From Candidatus Saccharimonadota bacterium (GTDB lineage Bacteria > Pseudomonadota > Gammaproteobacteria > Enterobacterales > Enterobacteriaceae): DNA of 32,000 nucleotides. The notes beneath the pieces were generated by a model. The model had not been told where the DNA came from. It searched no databases and saw only the letters and a list, made by a program, of their open reading frames with translations. This document shows, piece after piece, positions 1-11,615 of this stretch; position 1 is the first letter of the stretch, and the number at the start of each line of letters is the position of its first letter. The stretch covers positions 395,793 through 427,792 of the forward strand of contig CP145877.1 in assembly GCA_045690015.1 (NCBI GenBank), read 5' to 3'. The translations under genes and the position numbers were made by a program.

Positions 1-435
1 GTGATTAATAGCCGCTTGTAATGCTAATATATAACCATTACTACCAAAACCACATATAATACCCGATGAAATATCTGAAAAATAAGAATTACTACGAAAC
101 TTTTCTCTTTTATACGGATTAGATAAATGCACTTCAATAAATGGAATTTTTACACTCAATAGTGCATCCCGCAAACTAATGCTAGTATGAGTTAATGCGG
201 CAGGATTAATGATCATATAATCAACATGATTATCTAGACTTGCATGAACCCTATTAATTAATTCATATTCTGCATTAGACTGGAAATGCTCAATACATAC
301 ATTAAAATTTTTAGCATATAAAAGTAATTTATCTATGATTTCTTTTAAGGTTTCTTTTCCATATTTATCCGGTTCACGTAATCCTAACATATTAATGTTA
401 GGACCATTAAGAACTAGAATATGGAATTTTGACAT
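1..435 (-). CDS. aroQ: 3-dehydroquinate dehydratase, type II (3' end runs off the window edge)
   Basis: Absent from the ORF track because no stop lies in the window. The reverse-strand ATG at 435-433 opens [30 protein letters not shown]...[15 protein letters not shown]...[47 protein letters not shown]...ALQAAINH. It stays in frame to base 1 (145 codons). These are typical type II dehydroquinase blocks. Confidence 0.9.
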   Translation of the reverse strand, partial: MSKFHILVLNGPNINMLGLREPDKYGKETLKEIIDKLLLYAKNFNVCIEHFQSNAEYELINRVHASLDNHVDYMIINPAALTHTSISLRDALLSVKIPFIEVHLSNPYKREKFRSNSYFSDISSGIICGFGSNGYILALQAAINH

Positions 436-507
436 AATCTTTTACCTCAACTTCAACTCAAAATAAACACCAATCTTAAATTTATAAGATTACTTTAATC
501 TTCTATT

Positions 508-1116
508 TTAAGAATTGAAAGAATTTAAATAATAAAGACGCACACCATTAATAAACATCTGTGTTGCTAACATAGCCAATATCAATCCCATCATACGTTC
601 CAATACATTCAAACCTTTTTCTCCCAATAATCTTAAAAAGATTCCTGATGATAATAAAACTGCTGCATTTGCTACCGATGCTATTACTAAAGCAATAACC
701 ACATAGATCATTTTATATTGATATTCATGTGATAATGAGATTAACGTTGCTAATAATGTTGGACCAGCTACTAAAGGAATAGCAAGAGGAACTAAAAATG
801 GTTCTTCACCCGGTGATACACAATACATTCCAGTATCATTAGATGATGGAAAGATCATTTTTAGAGAAATTAATAGTAAAATGATTCCTCCAGAAATTGA
901 TACAATTTCTGTATTTAAATTTAAAATATTTAAAAATTTTTCTCCCATAAATAAAAAGAACAACATAACTATCAGAGCAAGGATCATTTCACGCACTATT
1001 ATTCTATACTGTCTGTTTTTATCTAGTGGTTTCAATATCAACATAAAAATTGGTAAGTTTCCTAATGGATCCATTACTAGGAATAATAACATGGTGGTTG
1101 AAATAATTTCATTCAT
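508..1116 (-). CDS. yhgN: MarC/UPF0056 family inner-membrane protein (YhgN-like)
   Basis: 202 aa ORF with ATG start. MNEIIS..LVMDPLGNLPIF...SISGGIILLLISLKMIFP...GEEPFLVPLAIPLVAGPT...LGEKGLNVLERMMGLIL is colinear with E. coli YhgN as I recall it. It is multi-pass hydrophobic. Confidence 0.85.
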   Translation of the reverse strand: MNEIISTTMLLFLVMDPLGNLPIFMLILKPLDKNRQYRIIVREMILALIVMLFFLFMGEKFLNILNLNTEIVSISGGIILLLISLKMIFPSSNDTGMYCVSPGEEPFLVPLAIPLVAGPTLLATLISLSHEYQYKMIYVVIALVIASVANAAVLLSSGIFLRLLGEKGLNVLERMMGLILAMLATQMFINGVRLYYLNSFNS

Positions 1117-1291
1117 GACTTATATCCTTCTTGCGGGCTTTTTTCTATGCAAGTGAAAAATAGACACTTCGTACGTACTTATTTTATATATATCTTAGAT
1201 TAGAATTATATAGATAATCTATAAATTAAATCAATAAAAGATATTTTTATAAGTAACTCCAAATATAAAATATATTAATTTACTTTACTCA

Positions 1292-2794
1292 TCAATAGAT
1301 TTTATTGTGATTCTTTGTCAACCATTCCGAAATACGACGCATTTCTTTTTTAGAAAGCCATAAACCTAATTTAGTACGACGCCAGATCACATCTGGTACT
1401 TCATATACCCATTCATTATCAACTAAATAACTTAGTTCAGCTTCATATAAATTTTGACCAAAATCTTCTCCTAAATCAGATATTTTAGTTTTTCCTTTAA
1501 GGATGAGTTCACTATTACTTCCATAAGTACATGCATACCTTTGTGCCAGTGATTTACCGATGAAATTATAACGATCATACAAATCAGAAGCATAATTTTG
1601 TATGGTACCAATAAAATCTCCTCCGGGAAGAATATTATTTTCTGTCCATGCTGGTCTAACAAAAGGGTAATATTTAGATAACATATTTAAGGCTTCTTCA
1701 GCTAATTTTCGATAAGTGGTTAGTTTTCCACCAAAAACGGAGAGTAAAGGAGCGCTTCCATTCACATCATGAATATCTAGAGTATATTGACGCGTAATAC
1801 TTTGTGGACAATTAGATTCATCATCATACAAGGGACGAATACCTGAATAAGACCATATAATATCTTCTTTAAACAATTTTTTGTTAAAAAAATTATTACA
1901 AACATTAAGCAAATACATAATTTCTTCATTAGAAATTACCGGATTATGTAGATCATCATGATATTCTACTTCTGTAGTACCAATTAGAGAAAATTTGTTC
2001 ATCCAAGGAATAACAAATACTACTCGATGATCTTCATTTTGTAATATATAAGCATATTTTTCTGAATGAATCTTAGGTAAAATAATATGACTGCCTTTAA
2101 TCAATCGCACTTTATATCTGGAACCCAGATGTAATACATTATCCAAAACTATATTGACCCAAGGACCAGTAGCATTAACCAATCCTTTAGATATCCATGT
2201 AATTAATTTACCATTATCAATATTTTGACCTATTACATGCCATAATGCATTTTCACGTTTAGCTTTAATCACACGAAAACGTGTACGTACTTCACTACCT
2301 TGTCTAATAACTTCTTGTGCATTTAACACTACTAAACGTGCATCATCTATCCAACAATCAGAATATTCAAAACCACGTGAAAAATTGGATTTAAGTATAG
2401 AATTGGCATCAAAACGTATACTTTTACTAGAGGGTAAAGTAACACGTTTGCTTAAATGATCATATATAAATAATCCAAGACGAATTATCCACGCAGGACG
2501 TAAATACGGACAGTGTGGCATACGAAAACGCATAGGTCTAGTAATATGAGGAGCTGCTTTTAACAGGATTTCACGTTCAGCTAGAGCATCACTAACTAAA
2601 CGAAATTCATAATTTTCAAGATAACGCAACCCTCCATGAATTAATTTTGAACTAGCTGAAGATGTAGCACAAGCTAAATCATTAGCTTCTAATATAAGTA
2701 CAGATAATCCCCGACCTGCAGCATCAGCGGCAATTCCAGCACCATTAATTCCACCACCAATAATAATTAAATCTTTTAATTTTTTGATTTCCAT
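1292..2794 (-). CDS. glpD: aerobic glycerol-3-phosphate dehydrogenase
   Basis: Near full-length colinearity with E. coli GlpD (IGGGINGAGIAADAAGRGLSVL, ACATSSASSKLIHGGLRYLE, FGGKLTTYRKLAEEAL). The track start at 2800 is a TTG. The ATG at 2794 (MEIKKLKDL..) follows AAAGG by about 8 nt and matches the E. coli N-terminus better. Confidence 0.95.
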   Translation of the reverse strand: MEIKKLKDLIIIGGGINGAGIAADAAGRGLSVLILEANDLACATSSASSKLIHGGLRYLENYEFRLVSDALAEREILLKAAPHITRPMRFRMPHCPYLRPAWIIRLGLFIYDHLSKRVTLPSSKSIRFDANSILKSNFSRGFEYSDCWIDDARLVVLNAQEVIRQGSEVRTRFRVIKAKRENALWHVIGQNIDNGKLITWISKGLVNATGPWVNIVLDNVLHLGSRYKVRLIKGSHIILPKIHSEKYAYILQNEDHRVVFVIPWMNKFSLIGTTEVEYHDDLHNPVISNEEIMYLLNVCNNFFNKKLFKEDIIWSYSGIRPLYDDESNCPQSITRQYTLDIHDVNGSAPLLSVFGGKLTTYRKLAEEALNMLSKYYPFVRPAWTENNILPGGDFIGTIQNYASDLYDRYNFIGKSLAQRYACTYGSNSELILKGKTKISDLGEDFGQNLYEAELSYLVDNEWVYEVPDVIWRRTKLGLWLSKKEMRRISEWLTKNHNKIY

Positions 2795-2860
2795 ATCCAA
2801 ACCTTTTCCGATATTTCTTTACTTTAAATTAATTTAGTATGGTGATCTGTTTAAGTTTTA

Positions 2861-3454
2861 CTAAAAGTAAGAATGTACACTACGTTGATGTTCAGTTATA
2901 TCCCGTACTCCTCGAATTTCTTTTGGAAAATAAATTAATAATTCTTTTTCTATATATTCTTTAACGGTTAGATTTACCATTGAACAACCATTACAACCAC
3001 CACTAAATTTCAAAATAACATAACCTTCATTAGTAATCTCTATCAGATTAACAGAACCTCCATGACTAGCTAATTGTGGATTAATTCTTTCTTGTAAAAA
3101 ACCATCTACACGTTCCCTTAATGAAACATTTGGATTCTCTTGATTAGTCCAAGATTTTTTGACATTAGGTGCATTTAATATCAATTGTGATCCTAATTCA
3201 TCAGATATTAAATCTATTTCAGCGCCTTCTAACCAAGGAGCGCTGTATAAATCAATATATGCATAAAAATGATCAAATCTTAGTTGAATATCAGTTTTAG
3301 ATATCGTATTAGGAGAACAATATGACACTCCACACTCCGCCTGAGGACTATCAGGATTAATAACAAAAATGCGAATTTGTGTGCCAGGTTCTTGATTTTG
3401 CAACAAAGTTTTAAAATGTTCTTGAGCTCTACTCGTAATATTAATATTAATCAT
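2861..3454 (-). CDS. nfuA: Fe-S cluster biogenesis/carrier protein NfuA
   Basis: 197 aa. [50 protein letters not shown] and [10 protein letters not shown] match E. coli NfuA end to end. Confidence 0.95.
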   Translation of the reverse strand: MININITSRAQEHFKTLLQNQEPGTQIRIFVINPDSPQAECGVSYCSPNTISKTDIQLRFDHFYAYIDLYSAPWLEGAEIDLISDELGSQLILNAPNVKKSWTNQENPNVSLRERVDGFLQERINPQLASHGGSVNLIEITNEGYVILKFSGGCNGCSMVNLTVKEYIEKELLIYFPKEIRGVRDITEHQRSVHSYF

Positions 3455-3484
3455 AGATTTCTCTTTTAAAGACCATTCCTATTT

Positions 3485-3733
3485 TTAGGATAATTGGTAT
3501 ATTATACAATAACATTGTTGTTTTTTAGAAGAACAAATCGTATTGCATGTTGTTGAACAAAAATCATTTTTTGGAAGTTGTATTCGGGTTATTTTTCCTA
3601 TTCTAACTAAAGTATCTAATATAGCTTCAATAAGTGCTAGATTAGAAGTACAACAAAGTTGTAAACTTAGTTGGCGTGCATCAGCACGACCTAACAAAGC
3701 CAGTTTTTGATATACATCCATTACACTAACCAT
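3485..3733 (-). CDS. feoC: ferrous iron transport protein FeoC (winged-helix domain plus Cys-rich tail)
   Basis: 82 aa ORF starting 15 nt downstream of feoB. The N-terminal LALLGRADARQLSLQL is like E. coli FeoC/YhgG, and a C-terminal Cys cluster follows. Its position in the feoABC order supports the call. Confidence 0.7.
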   Translation of the reverse strand: MVSVMDVYQKLALLGRADARQLSLQLCCTSNLALIEAILDTLVRIGKITRIQLPKNDFCSTTCNTICSSKKQQCYCIIYQLS

Positions 3734-3748
3734 TAGATATCCATCCTA

Positions 3749-6040
3749 TTAATTATTACCATAAGTAACTAAATGTTTACTCTTTAAATTATAATAATTA
3801 GCAAGGTGACGGAGTAAAAAAACCATAAATAAATTAAGCAATAAGATTATTATTATAATAATTAAACTGTAATAGCAATGTTTGCTAAACGTTGCAAGTT
3901 GATAAAATAAACTTGATAAGGACCACGCTAAATCCAATCCCCAAAATATAGAAAATAGCATCCAAGCAGAACTAGTCTCACGTGAGATAGCACCCATAAC
4001 TGATGCGCAAGGTACATAAAGAAGAACAAATATTAAATAGCTATAAGCTACTATATTACTAGAAAATTTACTGCTCATAATACCAATAGCACCTGAACTG
4101 AATTTTTCATTACCGGAACTTGCTTTTATAGGATTGGAAAATTCTTTAAAAGAAAAAAGTTTTATTAATTGTTCATGAGTTTCAGATAATGCTTTCCATA
4201 ATTCACTATTAAAATTAAATCTAGCAGGTTCAAAATCTACTTTTGAAATGCTTTCAGCAGTATAAAGAGTATTTAAAGTTCCAATGATTACTTCTTTTGC
4301 AAGAGTTCCAGCTAATAATCCTACAATAGCTTGCCAATTGTTATTACTAATTCCCATAGGCGTTAATACTATGGTGAGTTTATGACTCACTGTAGCTAAA
4401 GCTGATTCATTAACATCTTTTACTAATTTTCCATTAAATGAAAAGCTATTTAAAGCACTTATAATCATACTCGCAGTAATAATTATTTTTCCAGCTCTAT
4501 ATAAAAAACCTTTAAGACGTTGCCAAGTTTGCAGCAAAATACTTTTACCATGAGGTAAATGATAGATGGGTAATTCCATTACAAATGGAACGGGTTCTCC
4601 AGCCATAATCGTATACTTTAATATCATTCCAGTAAAAATAGCTGCCACTATACCTAATATATAAAGACTAAAAACAACTAATGTACCATTTTTGTTAAAA
4701 AATGAAGATGCAAAAACAGCAAAAATGGTTAATCGAGCACTACAAGAAATAAATGGTACCATCATAATAGTTATGATTCTTTCTCGTGGAGTATTAAGAG
4801 TGCGAGTACTAATTACTGAAGGAACGTTACATCCAAAACCTATAAGAAGAGGTATAAAAGATTTTCCCGGAAGACCTAAGATCTGCATCAAACGATCCAT
4901 AATAAATGCTGCTCTAGCCATATATCCTGATTCTTCTATAAGACTAATAAATAAATACATAATAGTAATTGTAGGGATAAGAGGTAATATAGTATTGATT
5001 CCTCCACCTATACCTTGCGCTATAAAAAATGTAATTTTATAGGGACAGTGAAAAGTATATCCCAACCACTGTACTCCATGAATAAATAATGCAGTTGATC
5101 CAATATCAAATAATGGTTGTAAGGCACTCCCTACATTAATTGCAAAAAAAAACATTAGGTACATCAGTAATAAGAAAAATGGTATTCCTAACCACCTGTT
5201 TAGGATGACTCTATCAATCTTTTCAGATAAAGATGAACTCTTATTTTTAGAATACGATTTTTGAATTTTAGTAGTAATTTTCTCTATAACTTGATAACGA
5301 GAATTAACAATTAGTAAAGCAGCATCATTTTTATTTTTCTGTAGTTCTTGTTGAATAGCTGGTAGGATACTCGCAGCTTTTGGCAAATTTCTAATGATAC
5401 GAGAATCACCTTCTAATATTTGTACAGCTAACCATTGACGTTGTTGATAAGTATAATTACTTGGGATTAATGAGCTTAGTTTTTGAATATAGGGTGATAG
5501 AATTTCAGGCCAATTAATATAAAATGATGCAGGAGTAAGAGGATGACGATCTATCTCCCGTTTTAATTGATCAATGCCTTTACCTAATCTTGAAATTAGT
5601 GGTACAACAGGACAACCTAAACTTATAGATAATGCTTGCATATCTAAGTGTAGATTTTTCTTTTTGGCTATATCTAGCATATTTAATGCTATTATACAGG
5701 GAATACCTAGTTGTAATATCTGCAAGGTCAAATAAAGGTTACGTTCCATATTGCTGGCATCAATTACATTAATAATGATATCTGCATTACCATATATAAT
5801 ATACTCACAAACTATTTGTTCATCTATAGATGTATGATCAGATACAGCAGTTAAAGAGTATGTTCCAGGTAAATCAACTAGGCAAATGTTATGAAGTTCT
5901 GTAGTAAAATTTCCTTGTTTACGTTCTACTGTCACACCAGGCCAATTACCCACCCGTTGATGAGAACCAGTAAGTTGATTAAAAAGAGTGGTTTTACCAG
6001 AATTAGGATTTCCTACTAGTCCTATAGTATATAATTTCAT
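3749..6040 (-). CDS. feoB: ferrous iron transporter FeoB (G-protein domain plus permease)
   Basis: 763 aa. The N-terminus [43 protein letters not shown] carries the G1-G3 motifs, followed by a long polytopic membrane domain. It is colinear with E. coli FeoB. Confidence 0.95.
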   Translation of the reverse strand: MKLYTIGLVGNPNSGKTTLFNQLTGSHQRVGNWPGVTVERKQGNFTTELHNICLVDLPGTYSLTAVSDHTSIDEQIVCEYIIYGNADIIINVIDASNMERNLYLTLQILQLGIPCIIALNMLDIAKKKNLHLDMQALSISLGCPVVPLISRLGKGIDQLKREIDRHPLTPASFYINWPEILSPYIQKLSSLIPSNYTYQQRQWLAVQILEGDSRIIRNLPKAASILPAIQQELQKNKNDAALLIVNSRYQVIEKITTKIQKSYSKNKSSSLSEKIDRVILNRWLGIPFFLLLMYLMFFFAINVGSALQPLFDIGSTALFIHGVQWLGYTFHCPYKITFFIAQGIGGGINTILPLIPTITIMYLFISLIEESGYMARAAFIMDRLMQILGLPGKSFIPLLIGFGCNVPSVISTRTLNTPRERIITIMMVPFISCSARLTIFAVFASSFFNKNGTLVVFSLYILGIVAAIFTGMILKYTIMAGEPVPFVMELPIYHLPHGKSILLQTWQRLKGFLYRAGKIIITASMIISALNSFSFNGKLVKDVNESALATVSHKLTIVLTPMGISNNNWQAIVGLLAGTLAKEVIIGTLNTLYTAESISKVDFEPARFNFNSELWKALSETHEQLIKLFSFKEFSNPIKASSGNEKFSSGAIGIMSSKFSSNIVAYSYLIFVLLYVPCASVMGAISRETSSAWMLFSIFWGLDLAWSLSSLFYQLATFSKHCYYSLIIIIIILLLNLFMVFLLRHLANYYNLKSKHLVTYGNN

Positions 6041-6261
6041 TTGATCATTTCCAGCTGGAAATATGCTAGGTCTTTTTTACGTAATAAAAGATTTACATGA
6101 CGTGTCTCAATTTGTATTGGATCCCCTAATGGAGCTATACGTACAATATTGAAAATCGAACCAGGTAACATACCAAGCGTAAGTAATCTATGACGATAGA
6201 AAATGCTTACTTGTGGTGAAAAACCTACAATTTTGTAAACTTGGTGTGGAACTAATTGCAT
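6037..6261 (-). CDS. feoA: ferrous iron transport protein FeoA
   Basis: [60 protein letters not shown] matches E. coli FeoA. The stop overlaps the feoB start (ATGA). The track start at 6285 is a TTG; the ATG at 6261 gives a 74 aa product, the E. coli-like length. Confidence 0.85.
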   Translation of the reverse strand: MQLVPHQVYKIVGFSPQVSIFYRHRLLTLGMLPGSIFNIVRIAPLGDPIQIETRHVNLLLRKKDLAYFQLEMIK

Positions 6262-6317
6262 ATGATTATTTGTTATTGTCTTCAATAAGGCAGCTTAATA
6301 TTGTTAAAATATTAACT

Positions 6318-6337
6318 GCAATAATTATTAATTGCAA
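6318..6337 (-). promoter_or_regulatory. candidate AT-rich palindromic operator upstream of feoA (Fur-like?)
   Basis: TGCAATAATTATTAATTGCA is a near-palindrome with GCAAT/ATTGC arms, about 55-75 nt upstream of the feoA ATG. A second GATATTATC element lies at about 6344-6352. Similarity to the Fur box (GATAATGATAATCATTATC) is only about 10/19, and the background is AT-rich. Confidence 0.2.
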
Positions 6338-6385
6338 TATAGTTTGATATTATCCGCTCCCCTTAGTCTCTAAAATAATTAGATT

Positions 6386-8014
6386 TTATGATGGTAGAAT
6401 AGGACCGGAATTTATTAATTTTAAACCGATTGTGGTATCCGTATATTTATCAAAATTTTTAATAAATTTCTTAGCTAATTTTATGGCCTGTTTTTCCCAT
6501 AGATTGGGATCAGAATAACTAGTTCTGGGATCTAGAATCTCTGTATTAATAGTAGGTAATGAGACTGGTACAGAAAGATTAAATATAGGCAAAGAAAAAG
6601 TTTTTACGGATGTTATAACATCATTTAAAATTGAGTTAATAATAGCACGAGTATCTTTAAGAGAAATTCGATCGCCTCTCCCATTCCATCCCGTATTGAC
6701 TAAAAAGGTTTCGGCATTAACAGCCTTTATATATCTTAACAAAACTGTTGCATAATGAATAGGATGTAGCATTAGAAATGCTGCTCCAAAACAAGCGGAA
6801 AATGTGGGAATAGGCTCATTTATACCACGTTCAGTACCTGTTATTTTCGCAGTAAATCCAGATAAGAAATAATATTTTGTTTGTTCATATGTTAGCTTAG
6901 ATACTGGAGGTAAAACTCCAAAAGCATCTGCAGTTAAAAAAATCACTTTATTTGCATGCCCAGCTTTAGATACTGGATTAACAATGTTTCTTATATGATT
7001 AATGGGATAGGATACACGACCATTTTCTGTCTTACTACTATCATTAAAATCGACTGAACCGTCTGTATGTACAAAAACATTTTCTAATAACGCATTACGG
7101 CGTATAGCATAATAAATCTCAGGTTCTTGTTTTTTTGAAAGGTTAATAGTTTTAGCATAACATCCCCCTTCTAAGTTAAATATCCCCTCGTCGTCCCATC
7201 CATGCTCATCATCACCGATTAATTTACGTTGAGGATCAGCAGAAAGGCTAGTTTTACCAGTTCCAGATAGACCGAAGAAAATAGCTACATCACCTTTTTG
7301 TCCTACATTAGCTGAACAGTGCATTGAAGCAATCCCCTTCAAAGGAAGTAAATAATTCATAATAGAGAAAATTCCCTTTTTCATTTCTCCCCCATACCAA
7401 GTACCACCTATAATTTGTATATGCTCATTAAGATTAAAAGCTATAAAATTTTCTGAATGTAACCCGTGCTTTTTCCAATGTGGATTAGTGCATTTTGCTG
7501 CATTCATAACAATAAAATCAGGTTTAAAATTTTTTAATTCGGTATCAAGAGGCCGGATAAACATATTTGTCACAAAATGTGCTTGCCAGGCAACTTCAGT
7601 CAAAAAGCGCACTGCTAAACGGTTTTTAAAATTTGCTCCACACCAAGCGTCAACTACAAATAATCTCTTATTTGATAGTTGTTGGGTAACTAGAGATTTA
7701 AGATCTAACCAAATTTCAGGAGAGATTGGATGATTGTCACTCTCTCCTTGATCAGACCACCATAGACAATTGGTAGTAGTATCATCACGAACAATATATT
7801 TATCTTTTGGAGATCTTCCGGTAAAAATACCAGTATCGACTGCAATTGCATCCAATTTTGTTAGAATTCCACGTTCTAGACCTATTAAATTGGGTTGAGT
7901 TTCTTCTAGATATAAAGTAGCATAATCTGGATTATGAATGATTTCAATCGTATTACTAATATTATAACTAATTAGATCTTTTTTTAGATTGATTAAGTAC
8001 ATGTAATTATCCAT
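6386..8014 (-). CDS. pckA: phosphoenolpyruvate carboxykinase (ATP)
   Basis: 542 aa, colinear with E. coli Pck ([58 protein letters not shown]). An alternative ATG at 8002 has better SD spacing (AAAGG). Confidence 0.95.
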   Translation of the reverse strand: MDNYMYLINLKKDLISYNISNTIEIIHNPDYATLYLEETQPNLIGLERGILTKLDAIAVDTGIFTGRSPKDKYIVRDDTTTNCLWWSDQGESDNHPISPEIWLDLKSLVTQQLSNKRLFVVDAWCGANFKNRLAVRFLTEVAWQAHFVTNMFIRPLDTELKNFKPDFIVMNAAKCTNPHWKKHGLHSENFIAFNLNEHIQIIGGTWYGGEMKKGIFSIMNYLLPLKGIASMHCSANVGQKGDVAIFFGLSGTGKTSLSADPQRKLIGDDEHGWDDEGIFNLEGGCYAKTINLSKKQEPEIYYAIRRNALLENVFVHTDGSVDFNDSSKTENGRVSYPINHIRNIVNPVSKAGHANKVIFLTADAFGVLPPVSKLTYEQTKYYFLSGFTAKITGTERGINEPIPTFSACFGAAFLMLHPIHYATVLLRYIKAVNAETFLVNTGWNGRGDRISLKDTRAIINSILNDVITSVKTFSLPIFNLSVPVSLPTINTEILDPRTSYSDPNLWEKQAIKLAKKFIKNFDKYTDTTIGLKLINSGPILPS

Positions 8015-8051
8015 CCTTTTATACTAATAGCAGTAAACTATGTTAAGTAAT

Positions 8052-8067
8052 TGTGATCAACATCAGA
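8052..8067. promoter_or_regulatory. candidate CRP-like site in the pckA/aroK divergent region
   Basis: TGTGA-TCAACA-TCAGA versus the CRP consensus TGTGA-N6-TCACA (9/10 core positions). It is followed by a 7-bp inverted repeat, ATCAGAT-AAAA-ATCTGAT (8062-8079). Whether this genome encodes crp is unknown. Confidence 0.25.
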
Positions 8068-8224
8068 TAAAAATCTGATTTATAATTTTATTTAACTTAA
8101 AAAGATTTATTCATAGTAAAATTATTGTTTTCTTAAAGAAGAGATGCGATTACTATATTATCTTCAATAAGAAGATTATTATTACTCTTCGATTCTTAAA
8201 GTATCAATTTAAACACTAAAAAAA

Positions 8225-8752
8225 ATGGTAGAAAAACGCAATATCTTTTTAATTGGACCAATGGGAGCAGGAAAAAGCACTATTGGACGACAGTTAGCTC
8301 AACAACTTAATATGCAGTTTTTTGATTCAGATCAAGAAATTGAAAGACGTACTGGAGCAGATATAAGTTGGGTATTTGATGTAGAAGGTGAAGACGGTTT
8401 TCGTATACGTGAAGAAAAAATTCTTTATGAATTTACGGAAAAACAAGGTATTGTGTTAGCTACAGGAGGTGGATCGGTGAAATCACGTGAAATACGTAAT
8501 CGATTATCTGCGAGAGGTGTAGTTGTATATCTGAAAACCACTGTAGAACACCAATTATCACGTACCCAACGTGATAAAAAACGTCCTTTATTGCTGAGAG
8601 ATTCTCCACCGGTTAAAATATTACAACAACTTGCATTAGAGCGTAATCCTTTATACGAAGAAATAGCCGATATTACAATTTGTACCGATAATCAAAACAC
8701 TAAAGTGGTGGCCAATAAAATTCTGTTAAGGCTTAAAAAAATTAATGAATAA
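8225..8752 (+). CDS. aroK: shikimate kinase I
   Basis: 175 aa. [52 protein letters not shown] is nearly identical in layout to E. coli AroK. Confidence 0.95.
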   Translation: MVEKRNIFLIGPMGAGKSTIGRQLAQQLNMQFFDSDQEIERRTGADISWVFDVEGEDGFRIREEKILYEFTEKQGIVLATGGGSVKSREIRNRLSARGVVVYLKTTVEHQLSRTQRDKKRPLLLRDSPPVKILQQLALERNPLYEEIADITICTDNQNTKVVANKILLRLKKINE

Positions 8753-8799
8753 AGATAGAGGTAAATTTATTATATAAATAAATAAGGTAGGTCTTTTAG

Positions 8800-9885
8800 A
8801 TGGAAAGTATTATAATTGAATTGGATGAACGTAGTTATCCTATTAGGATAGGTGCTGGGTTATTAAAAAATACCTCCTTTTGGCCATTAAAGGCTGGGCA
8901 ACCGGCAATGATAGTCACTAATCAAACCATAGCTACTCTTTATCTTAAAGATTTAGTAGAGATATTAAAAGAATCCGGAATCATTCCGGATTATATTATT
9001 GTACCTGATGGAGAAGAATATAAAAATATTTCCTCATTAAATAAATTATATACTATTCTGATAGAAAAATTACATGGTCGTGATACCACATTAATTGCGT
9101 TAGGAGGTGGTGTAATTGGAGATCTTACCGGTTTTGTAGCAGCCAGTTATCATAGGGGAGTTCGTTTCATTCAGGTTCCCACTACACTACTTGCACAGGT
9201 AGATTCCTCTGTAGGCGGAAAAACAGCTATTAATCATCCTTTAGCGAAAAATATGATTGGAGCTTTTTATCAGCCAGTATCAGTCATTATAGATCTAGAT
9301 TGTCTAAATACTTTACCAAAACGACAATTAGCTTGTGGAATAGCAGAAGTAATAAAATATGGAGTGGCTTTAGAGAGTAATTTTTTTCATTGGTTAGAGA
9401 ATAATATTGACAATATCCTATGTATTGAAGCAAATACTATTTCAAAGTGTATACGTTATTGTTGTGAATTAAAAGCCAAATTAGTCACTACTGATGAACG
9501 AGAAAGTCATTTGCGCGCTTTATTAAACTTAGGTCATACTTATGCACACGCTATTGAAAAACACATGGGATATGGCAATTGGCTTCATGGAGAAGCTGTT
9601 GCAGTTGGCTTGGTGTTAGCTTCTCGTACTGCGGAAAATATGGGTAAATTAAAAAACTGTGATACTAACCGTATTATCCAATTATTACAACATTCCGGGT
9701 TACCAGTGTGTATTCCATCTTATCTTAAACCTGAAAATCTTTTAGTACATATGTTACATGATAAAAAAATGCTAGGTGGTAAATTACGATTAATTTTGCC
9801 TGTAGCACTAGGTAAATCAGAAATTTGCAGTAATGTCCCCAAAGACATAATTGTCTCAGCTATTAAAAATAGTACTAGTTTTTAA
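8800..9885 (+). CDS. aroB: 3-dehydroquinate synthase
   Basis: 361 aa. [47 protein letters not shown] and [18 protein letters not shown] are AroB metal/NAD motifs. An AAGGTAGG SD lies upstream. Confidence 0.95.
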   Translation: MESIIIELDERSYPIRIGAGLLKNTSFWPLKAGQPAMIVTNQTIATLYLKDLVEILKESGIIPDYIIVPDGEEYKNISSLNKLYTILIEKLHGRDTTLIALGGGVIGDLTGFVAASYHRGVRFIQVPTTLLAQVDSSVGGKTAINHPLAKNMIGAFYQPVSVIIDLDCLNTLPKRQLACGIAEVIKYGVALESNFFHWLENNIDNILCIEANTISKCIRYCCELKAKLVTTDERESHLRALLNLGHTYAHAIEKHMGYGNWLHGEAVAVGLVLASRTAENMGKLKNCDTNRIIQLLQHSGLPVCIPSYLKPENLLVHMLHDKKMLGGKLRLILPVALGKSEICSNVPKDIIVSAIKNSTSF

Positions 9886-10563
9886 ATGAAACATTTTTTA
9901 CTAGCATCTTCAATTTTGTCGGCTGATTTCGCTAAATTAGGTGAGGATACGACTAAGGTTTTGGCGGCTGGTGCTAATCTTATACATTTAGATATAATGG
10001 ATAATCATTATGTTCCTAATTTAACTATAGGACCAATAGTATTAAAATCACTTATAGAATATGGTATTAATGCACCATTTGATGTTCATTTAATGGTAAA
10101 ACCGGTTAATGCTCTAATCAAAGAATTTGCTAAACTGGCTGTTAGTATTATCTCTTTTCATCCTGAAACTTCAGAAGATGTGGATAAATCTATCGAGCTG
10201 ATCAAAGAATATGGGTGTAAAGCTGGTTTAGTATTAAATCCTACTACTCCAGTCAGTTCTATTAAAAAATTTTTGAAAAAAATCGACGTAATTTTATTAA
10301 TGTCTGTAAAACCCGGTTTTGGTGGACAATCTTTTCTTCCTAGTACCTTATCAAAAATAATCAATATACGTCGTATTATTGATGATAATGGGTATCAGAT
10401 TCATTTAGAAGTAGATGGAGGAATTAAAGTCAATAACATTTACGATATTGCTAGAGCAGGGGCAGATATCTTTGTAATAGGTTCAGCTATATTTGCTCAA
10501 TCCGATTATAAGCAAGTAATCACTTCTATACATAATGAATTAGAAAAATGTACAAAAACTTAA
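9886..10563 (+). CDS. rpe: ribulose-phosphate 3-epimerase
   Basis: 225 aa. [49 protein letters not shown] and GSAIF are present. The ATG directly abuts the aroB stop (TAAATG). Confidence 0.95.
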   Translation: MKHFLLASSILSADFAKLGEDTTKVLAAGANLIHLDIMDNHYVPNLTIGPIVLKSLIEYGINAPFDVHLMVKPVNALIKEFAKLAVSIISFHPETSEDVDKSIELIKEYGCKAGLVLNPTTPVSSIKKFLKKIDVILLMSVKPGFGGQSFLPSTLSKIINIRRIIDDNGYQIHLEVDGGIKVNNIYDIARAGADIFVIGSAIFAQSDYKQVITSIHNELEKCTKT

Positions 10564-10610
10564 TAATGCAACATAAAAAGTCAAAGAATATTTTTAATAA
10601 ATATAAATAA

Positions 10611-11615
10611 ATGATGAAAAAAAAAATTGTATTTAGTGGAACACAACCTTCAGGTGAATTAACTATTGGTAATTATATAGGAGCATTACGTCAATGGGTC
10701 AAATTGCAGGACAAGTTCCAATGTATATATAGCATAGTTGATTTACATGCTATTACGGTTCGTCAAGATTCATTACAATTACGTAACTCCATCATGGATA
10801 CCTTAGCCTTATATCTAGCTTGCGGACTAGAACCCGATAAATGTATTATTTTTGTACAATCACATGTTCCTGAACATACTCAGCTAAATTGGATTTTAAA
10901 TTGTTATACTTATTTAGGTGAATTAAACCGAATGAAACAATTCAGAAAAAAAATATCACTTTCTAGTAATATTAATGTTGGATTACTTGATTATCCGGTT
11001 TTAATGGCTGCAGATATTTTGTTGTATCAAACTCAGCACGTACCGGTTGGTGAAGACCAAAGACAACATTTAGAATTATGTAGAGACATTGCTCATCGTT
11101 TTAATACATTATATGGTCATCATATATTCAATATTCCGGAACCCTTAATCTCCTCCTCAGGATCAAGAATAATGTCTCTATTACAACCAAACAAAAAAAT
11201 GTCGAAATCTGATAATAATCGTAATAATCTTATTAGGATGTTAGAATCACCTTCCTCAATTTTAAAAAAAATTAAGCGTGCTGTAACCGATTCGGATCAA
11301 CCACCTGTAATACGTTATGATATTAATCAAAAACCTGGAATTTCTAATTTACTAAATATTTTATCTGCAATAACAGATCAATCTATTAGTCAATTAGAAC
11401 AAGAATTTTCTAGTAAAATGTATGGTCATCTTAAGCTTGCTGTAGCAGATGCTCTTTCTGGAATTCTAATTGATCTTCAAGAAAAATACTATCAATATCG
11501 TAATGATGAATTATATCTTCATCAAATAATGATTGATGGTGCTGTAAAAGCACGATGTCATGCTAAAAAAACCCTAACTAAAGTATATGAAGTAATTGGT
11601 TTGATTATTGAATAG
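10611..11615 (+). CDS. trpS: tryptophan--tRNA ligase
   Basis: 334 aa. [22 protein letters not shown] (HIGH-type region) and KMSKSD (KMSKS) are present. It is colinear with E. coli TrpS. Confidence 0.95.
   Translation: MMKKKIVFSGTQPSGELTIGNYIGALRQWVKLQDKFQCIYSIVDLHAITVRQDSLQLRNSIMDTLALYLACGLEPDKCIIFVQSHVPEHTQLNWILNCYTYLGELNRMKQFRKKISLSSNINVGLLDYPVLMAADILLYQTQHVPVGEDQRQHLELCRDIAHRFNTLYGHHIFNIPEPLISSSGSRIMSLLQPNKKMSKSDNNRNNLIRMLESPSSILKKIKRAVTDSDQPPVIRYDINQKPGISNLLNILSAITDQSISQLEQEFSSKMYGHLKLAVADALSGILIDLQEKYYQYRNDELYLHQIMIDGAVKARCHAKKTLTKVYEVIGLIIE

Noticed and set aside
4692-5042. 116-aa plus-strand ORF inside feoB
   Set aside because: It is antisense to the strongly supported feoB permease domain and has no motif or SD. 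It is a shadow ORF.
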